The notes beneath the pieces were generated by a model. The model did no database searches. It saw nothing but the letters and a program-made list of their open reading frames with translations, and was not told the origin of the DNA. Shown here piece by piece: positions 58,771-64,000 of a stretch of 64,000 nt of DNA. The stretch covers positions 3,419 to 67,418 of the forward strand of contig JAFTXI010000046.1 of NCBI GenBank assembly GCA_017461665.1. Reading direction: 5' to 3'. The first letter of the stretch is position 1, and each line of letters opens with the position of its first letter. Both the position numbers and the translations under genes were made by a program. Origin of the DNA: Bacteroidales bacterium (GTDB lineage: Bacteria; Bacteroidota; Bacteroidia; Bacteroidales; F082).

Positions 58771-59547
58771 TCACATCACATCTTTGTCTATCATAAAATC
58801 AAAATCAACAGGTTTGTTTTTTGTATGATTATTCAACATATCAAGGGATGTATTAATTTGTTCGTCTAAATATTTGATAGTCCAATCCTTATTGTAATAT
58901 TTTTTGTAATATGGCATACTTTCAATACGTTGTTTGTAATTCGTTTTAAAATCTTCTGCTGTCTTTGTCAACGGAACAGTTCTATTTTCATCATTCTGTG
59001 CTTCTTTCAATATTGTTTGAAATTCCATATATGATTTTTCATACTCTTTGAGTAAAGTGTGTACAATTGAATGATTGCCTTGTGGTTTACCTGAATATAC
59101 TCTATCTAAATATTTTATTGCTTCATCCACATTCTCTTTGTCAAACTTCTCATACAAGCACCAACGATTCGCCCATCTACCCATCCATGTTTCAACAAAA
59201 GTCTTCTCATTCTCCAACTCTGTTTCCAATCTTTTTATTTCCTTATCTCGAGAAGCAATTTCATTTGTCAAAGAATCATTATTATGAATAAAACCACTTA
59301 TTTTAATGGAATCACTCTCTATATCTTCCACCAACGTAGCGATAAACTTAAAACAATCATTTGCAATACTATCTTTATACAGAATGATTTTATTCAATGA
59401 GTCTAAAATATATCCAATACTATCAGCATTATGTGCTTGCGTCTTTTTTGATATAATCTTGCTCAACACGCCCTTTTCATTCTGAGCATTTGCATCTATG
59501 TTTATAAAACACAATGCCACCAAAATAACATATATACATTTTTTCAT
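58771..59547 (-). CDS. secreted hypothetical protein with a central coiled coil
   Basis: Signal peptide ending DANAQNE. Helical, with an EIKRLETELENEK heptad segment. Part of the operon. Confidence 0.55.
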   Translation of the reverse strand: MKKCIYVILVALCFINIDANAQNEKGVLSKIISKKTQAHNADSIGYILDSLNKIILYKDSIANDCFKFIATLVEDIESDSIKISGFIHNNDSLTNEIASRDKEIKRLETELENEKTFVETWMGRWANRWCLYEKFDKENVDEAIKYLDRVYSGKPQGNHSIVHTLLKEYEKSYMEFQTILKEAQNDENRTVPLTKTAEDFKTNYKQRIESMPYYKKYYNKDWTIKYLDEQINTSLDMLNNHTKNKPVDFDFMIDKDVM

Positions 59548-59555
59548 ACTCTCAT

Positions 59556-60890
59556 TTATTTATATGGTATTAAAACGTAGCCTTTATCACTTCCTTTATT
59601 CTTTCTACCGTTTTTCTTATATACAACATATATTGTATATTTTCTATCTTTCTGTAAGTCTTTCAAGTTTACAAGCGTGTATGAACCAATAGATGTTCCA
59701 CTTCTTGGATTTCCTTTAGTCGTTGAATAATAATATTTTTCTGTTGGTTTTCCATCCACACCAACAAGCAGGTAATCTTTATCCGCTTCTCCATCACTTC
59801 TGACATAAAAACTAAAAGATTCATATCCTTTAATAGTAAAAGACATTGTTGCTGTTGAATTGCGTTGACCATAATTTGTTGATTGGTATGCTCTATACGA
59901 ATAACTTGGTGAAATCATGCTAATCCATTCACTATTATTAGTATTGATATTGATTTCCGGCTTAGGTTGTGGTTTGAATTTCTCCTGCTCCTCTTTCTCC
60001 TGCCTTGCTTTTTCTTCTTTTTCTTGTTTCGCTTTTTGTTTATAATAACTACCCGCCTCATCATAATATTTGCGAGCCTCATTACTTAATTCATCCGATG
60101 GCTGATAATTTACGTACATATTACATACCGCATCATATTCATCAATTAAATCACTTATAACTTTAAACAAATTGTAAAATGCAGACTCTTTCATTTGTTT
60201 ATAGTTTGCCAGTTTGTCAACTTTTGCAGCAACTTGATTATAATGCGATTCACCAATATTATTCTTTACCTTCGACAAATCATTAACAAGTTCTTGGCAA
60301 TTATTCAATGGTGCAATTGTCTTGTAATGTTCCGCATACATAATCTTTGTACCAGCATCTTTGGTTGAATAGAATTTCTTATACTTTGCAGTTTCACATG
60401 CATTGTTGTATAATTGAATTATGTTTTCGATTTCATTTAACGAATCATTAAATGATCCATTCACTGTATCTGTTTCTTCAAAAACAACTTTTAAAGTTCT
60501 AATATTGTTTATTCTATTAAGCATTGCCTTATGGTCTGACTTTCTCCAAACTGATGCTTTAAACTTATCATTACTATATTTTATAAATATCGGAAGATAG
60601 TTTTTAACCAATGCTTTTGTTTGAAAATCTATTTCTTCTTCTGTCACATATAACTCCGCCTTATACATTGCTAACTTATCAACAACAACTCTATATAGCG
60701 AATCATTGAACGCCTCACCCCTTTGTTCACAGAATGCATTTACACCAGATTCCAACGATTGTTGATGAAGATTTACAGTTGGTACAGATGTTGGCGGAGC
60801 AACAATTGTTGGCAAATACAAAAGGATACTTGCAGTAACCGCAATCACCAACGTAACAAGGGCTATTATTTTTATTGGAATATTTTTCAT
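59556..60890 (-). CDS. N-terminally membrane-anchored hypothetical protein with a K/E-rich linker and a beta-rich C-terminal domain
   Basis: TM helix IIALVTLVIAVTASILLYL. A helical region of about 270 aa, then the linker KQKAKQEKEEKARQEKEEQEKFKPQPKPE, then a 125-aa Y/S/T-rich strand domain. ATGA overlap with the upstream gene. Confidence 0.55.
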   Translation of the reverse strand: MKNIPIKIIALVTLVIAVTASILLYLPTIVAPPTSVPTVNLHQQSLESGVNAFCEQRGEAFNDSLYRVVVDKLAMYKAELYVTEEEIDFQTKALVKNYLPIFIKYSNDKFKASVWRKSDHKAMLNRINNIRTLKVVFEETDTVNGSFNDSLNEIENIIQLYNNACETAKYKKFYSTKDAGTKIMYAEHYKTIAPLNNCQELVNDLSKVKNNIGESHYNQVAAKVDKLANYKQMKESAFYNLFKVISDLIDEYDAVCNMYVNYQPSDELSNEARKYYDEAGSYYKQKAKQEKEEKARQEKEEQEKFKPQPKPEININTNNSEWISMISPSYSYRAYQSTNYGQRNSTATMSFTIKGYESFSFYVRSDGEADKDYLLVGVDGKPTEKYYYSTTKGNPRSGTSIGSYTLVNLKDLQKDRKYTIYVVYKKNGRKNKGSDKGYVLIPYK

Positions 60891-62722
60891 ACGTAACTTT
60901 CTGCATTATTTGTTTCTGTTGTTTTTTTCTCATCTTTATTCTCCTTCACTTTGTTTTCTTTCTTTGGCTCGGGAGATGAGGCGTTATCAAGTGCTTCTAT
61001 ATATTTTTTAATGGTGATGTTTAAATCTGAATCTTTAGTAATATATTTCCCCAATCCTGTTTTGTACCTATTATTTTCAACACATTTAAATATTTTTAAG
61101 AATTGATGGGAAGCACTAAGTTCGTCACGATATTTTAATATATCATCAAATCTTCTTTCATTCATAGCATCCCACAGACCTTTTGTTTCTGGATATTTTT
61201 CCATTTCATTACGATTCCACTTTTCATTATTGTCGAGATAATCAATAACAGACACTTCTGGTTTCGTAGCAGATGATGGATTAGATGTTACATCATTGCT
61301 ATTATGATTCGAATTTACATTTGGTTTATTTTTCAAGTCATTTTTCAAATCCGATATTTCCTTTTCTTTATTTTCCAACACCTTCTTCAGAGTCAACAAT
61401 TCCTTTTTCAAAGATGTTATCTCTGTATTATTATTCTTTGTGTCTGATTTAGAAAAATAAGATTTCACGAACCACCCAGCACATCCACCAACACATAATG
61501 ACAATAAAACGAGTATCAACAATATCATTATATGTTTTTTGGTAAAAGGTTTATAGACTAATTGATTATCATAATCAGGATATACCTTTCCATTTGTAGT
61601 TTTATATCCTTCTATCGGACTCTCACACAAGTCTTTTTCTGTTTCAAATTCTATTTTTTTATATTTTGTTATATGAGTGATAATAAACCTATATGTTTTT
61701 TTTATCTTTTCAAGCTTAACTTCACAACTATTTCTTAAATCCTTATTAGCGCGATGTTGTTCATAACCATTGACTGATACTATAACCTCAACATTAGAAA
61801 TAGATTCCTCAACTATTTCAGCGTTTTGATTCGGTAAAATAGTCTCCTTGTTTATCATCAATGTATATTGATCTATTCTATTGCCTTTTTTATCTTTTAC
61901 AACAATTGAATTATATGGCACTAATATTCTATACTCATTCTGAGTTGGTAGATTTAACACCACATCACAGTTTGATATTTGGGTTATTTTTTCAATGGTT
62001 TTATATCCATCTCGTTTCCAAGACACATTCAATATTGTATTAAAATTTTTCTTTATTGATTTTTCGAATGGTTTATCTCCGATGTAAGGTTTAAATCCAT
62101 TACATGTTTTAGGAGGATTTATTATAGCACTACCAACAAAATCTTTTTCTGTTAAATCATCACATGTTTCACATTCAATATTTGAACTTTTATCTATAAG
62201 AAACACAAACTTGTATGAAGAATAACACGGTTGATCGAGATTATCTAGTAGTTCATGAAGTTGATAATATTCTCCATAGAATCTATAAGCAACCTTGTTT
62301 GATGATACTTCCAATGATGACTGTTGTATATCTACAACATCACAGATAGTTTCTGAAAATATCTTTTCTAATTTAGTTTTTGAAGTATCCTTGTTCCAAT
62401 TCAATAATTCTGTTTTCGTAATATCAATGATTTTAGCAAGTTCCTTTCCTGATATAACTATATTCCAAGGAACAAAAATAGATGCACACATATAATCATT
62501 GCGTCCTGCATTGGCGCAATAAATTCTAATTATATGTCCGCAATCTATCTTTTGCAAAAGCAGAAAATCCCAACTCTGATTATCAGGCTTTTTTAATTGT
62601 TTTATTTCCGCAATCTCACCAATATGCTTAGCCCATTTTATATTCGAGTTGTATGACATAAGTGAATTGCTACCCTGATATGTGTATTCAATTTCTACTC
62701 CTAATATGTTATTTCTATCCAT
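60887..62722 (-). CDS. bitopic hypothetical protein (about 395-aa Cys-containing N-domain, one TM helix, a coiled coil, a helical C-domain)
   Basis: TM helix IMILLILVLLSLCVGGCAGWFV. Coiled coil TSLKKELLTLKKVLENKEKEISDLKNDLK. No recognisable family. Confidence 0.55.
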   Translation of the reverse strand: MDRNNILGVEIEYTYQGSNSLMSYNSNIKWAKHIGEIAEIKQLKKPDNQSWDFLLLQKIDCGHIIRIYCANAGRNDYMCASIFVPWNIVISGKELAKIIDITKTELLNWNKDTSKTKLEKIFSETICDVVDIQQSSLEVSSNKVAYRFYGEYYQLHELLDNLDQPCYSSYKFVFLIDKSSNIECETCDDLTEKDFVGSAIINPPKTCNGFKPYIGDKPFEKSIKKNFNTILNVSWKRDGYKTIEKITQISNCDVVLNLPTQNEYRILVPYNSIVVKDKKGNRIDQYTLMINKETILPNQNAEIVEESISNVEVIVSVNGYEQHRANKDLRNSCEVKLEKIKKTYRFIITHITKYKKIEFETEKDLCESPIEGYKTTNGKVYPDYDNQLVYKPFTKKHIMILLILVLLSLCVGGCAGWFVKSYFSKSDTKNNNTEITSLKKELLTLKKVLENKEKEISDLKNDLKNKPNVNSNHNSNDVTSNPSSATKPEVSVIDYLDNNEKWNRNEMEKYPETKGLWDAMNERRFDDILKYRDELSASHQFLKIFKCVENNRYKTGLGKYITKDSDLNITIKKYIEALDNASSPEPKKENKVKENKDEKKTTETNNAESYV

Positions 62723-62726
62723 AAAT

Positions 62727-64000
62727 TTATGATCTGAATTTATTTATTAATTTCGATAATTTTCCTGGTTTATATCCAAAAGATCTTTTCAAAATTGTCT
62801 CTACAACTTTAGAAGCTGGTTCTGCATGAAATCTAAAATAGGATTGAAAACATACATCACCTAATGTAAATGGATGTATATCAACTTTACCGTCATTAAT
62901 TTCCTTATCATAACAAAGTCTTTTAAGGTTACCAAGGAATCCGTCATATTTAGAACTGATATAGTTTTCCAATTTATCTCTCAATTCTTCCCCTGTAGCA
63001 TTTGCCTTGTCTACTTTTGTAACAAGAATATATACCGCATCTGTATCTTTTTCAAAAATACCAGTCTCTATTATATATGCCAAAGCTGAGTTAAGATATG
63101 TTTTCTGTGGCACTCCTCTATATTTTCTATCTTCTGCGCCATATTCAATTACGAAGAAATGAATCTTTCGATTAGATGTTCTGTTGTCAATCAAAATCCT
63201 ATTTAAAGTTTGGAGCACTTCATATACATTTGACTTAAGAGAACCTTTTCCTTTTGATTGCAACTTATGCATATCACAAAACACTTCACCAGCAATATCA
63301 ATACAAGTTATAGGATGTATCAAACCCTTTTTGTCTTGTAATTCAAATCCCATTTCATAAGTAGTTCTCAATGTTGCTTGTGTTCTTTCTGGAAGTGTTC
63401 CGACTTCATTGTCTAATCCAAACAAATCTGACAATTCATTCATATACCCAAAGCCTTGACATTTAGGGTCTTTCATCATACTTGATGCCACTTTGCCATT
63501 ATCTGCAGTACTAAGTATTGCACCTATTGCGCAACTTTTACCAGATGAAGGAATTCCCCAGAAATAAATTTCCGTACTAGGTACTTTTGTGATTTTTTTT
63601 AGTTCTGATGCTGCAGATAATTGTACTGGTGTAACACCAGACATCATGTGTTTAATAAAATCTTTTGCAATTCCCGTCTCTCTAAAATCAGTAATAATCC
63701 CATTGTACCATAACTTATATGCTACATTACCACTTATAAAGTTATTATCATTCTTAATAGTTTCCAATAAATCGTTAACTTTTATTTTTTTTGTATTAAT
63801 GTATTTAGAGATTTCTTTAAAGATAGCATCATCCTTTCGTGGTTCATCGGGATTTGCCATAATTGTATTAATTTGCTTTGCCAACGTAGACATATCAACT
63901 CCTAAATACTCTTCTTTCTGTAACTCACGAAGAATAGCCCATGCTTCTACTAAATGTTGACTTTCCGGATAATTCGCAATATAACCTCGTAATTGTTCCA
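62727..64000 (-). CDS. predicted P-loop GTPase (Ras/dynamin-like motif set), 5'-partial at the window edge
   Basis: G1 GIPSSGKS (63534-63557), G3 DIAGE (63285-63299), G4 TKVD (63009-63020). The frame stays open from the ATG at 63893 up to position 64000, so the true start may lie outside the window. Confidence 0.6.
   Translation of the reverse strand, partial: EQLRGYIANYPESQHLVEAWAILRELQKEEYLGVDMSTLAKQINTIMANPDEPRKDDAIFKEISKYINTKKIKVNDLLETIKNDNNFISGNVAYKLWYNGIITDFRETGIAKDFIKHMMSGVTPVQLSAASELKKITKVPSTEIYFWGIPSSGKSCAIGAILSTADNGKVASSMMKDPKCQGFGYMNELSDLFGLDNEVGTLPERTQATLRTTYEMGFELQDKKGLIHPITCIDIAGEVFCDMHKLQSKGKGSLKSNVYEVLQTLNRILIDNRTSNRKIHFFVIEYGAEDRKYRGVPQKTYLNSALAYIIETGIFEKDTDAVYILVTKVDKANATGEELRDKLENYISSKYDGFLGNLKRLCYDKEINDGKVDIHPFTLGDVCFQSYFRFHAEPASKVVETILKRSFGYKPGKLSKLINKFRS

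Larger units (their letters stand above)
51773..64000. other. AT-rich, repeat-dense accessory segment (possible horizontally acquired island; right end not in window)
   Basis: After the SDR gene the content changes abruptly to word-like repeats, a broken gene, an excisionase-type HTH gene and an operon of unrecognisable genes. No integrase is visible. Confidence 0.4.

Overview
A low-GC chromosomal segment that looks Bacteroidota, probably Bacteroidales. The basis is TAnnTTTG -7 promoter motifs, many lipoprotein or SpI signal peptides, a TolC/RND operon followed by a small PG0541-like gene, DUF349, and a GH29 fucosidase. Positions 1 to about 51.7 kb are mostly ordinary core genes: pncB, smpB, rarA, gcvP, typA, aroC, trkH, a LytS/LytTR two-component pair, an RND efflux operon, a Dcu transporter, a Met/Cys PLP enzyme, an AmgK/MurU-like sugar-recycling pair, an AddB-like nuclease, two AraC paralogs and an SDR. 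This part also holds small decay features: a frameshifted GT-C-like membrane gene and a promoter plus signal-peptide stub. From about 51.78 kb to the window end the character changes to an AT-rich, repeat-dense accessory segment. It contains an AlbA_2/Schlafen-type ATPase-wHTH gene broken inside a 42-nt tandem repeat and bracketed by direct and inverted repeats. It also contains a GC-rich structured intergenic element, a DUF6266-like gene, an excisionase-type HTH gene and a 4-unit tandem repeat of about 70 bp. The most interesting part is a tightly packed five-gene minus-strand operon (56682 to beyond 64000) with no family I can recognise. Its predicted products are a cytosolic Ras/dynamin-like GTPase (G1, G3 and G4 motifs visible; the ORF runs off the window), a bitopic 611-aa protein, an N-anchored 444-aa protein with a beta-rich C-terminal domain, a secreted coiled-coil protein, and a secreted multi-TPR protein ending in a retropepsin-like (DTG) aspartic protease. 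No rRNA, tRNA, CRISPR array, integrase or transposase was seen in the window.
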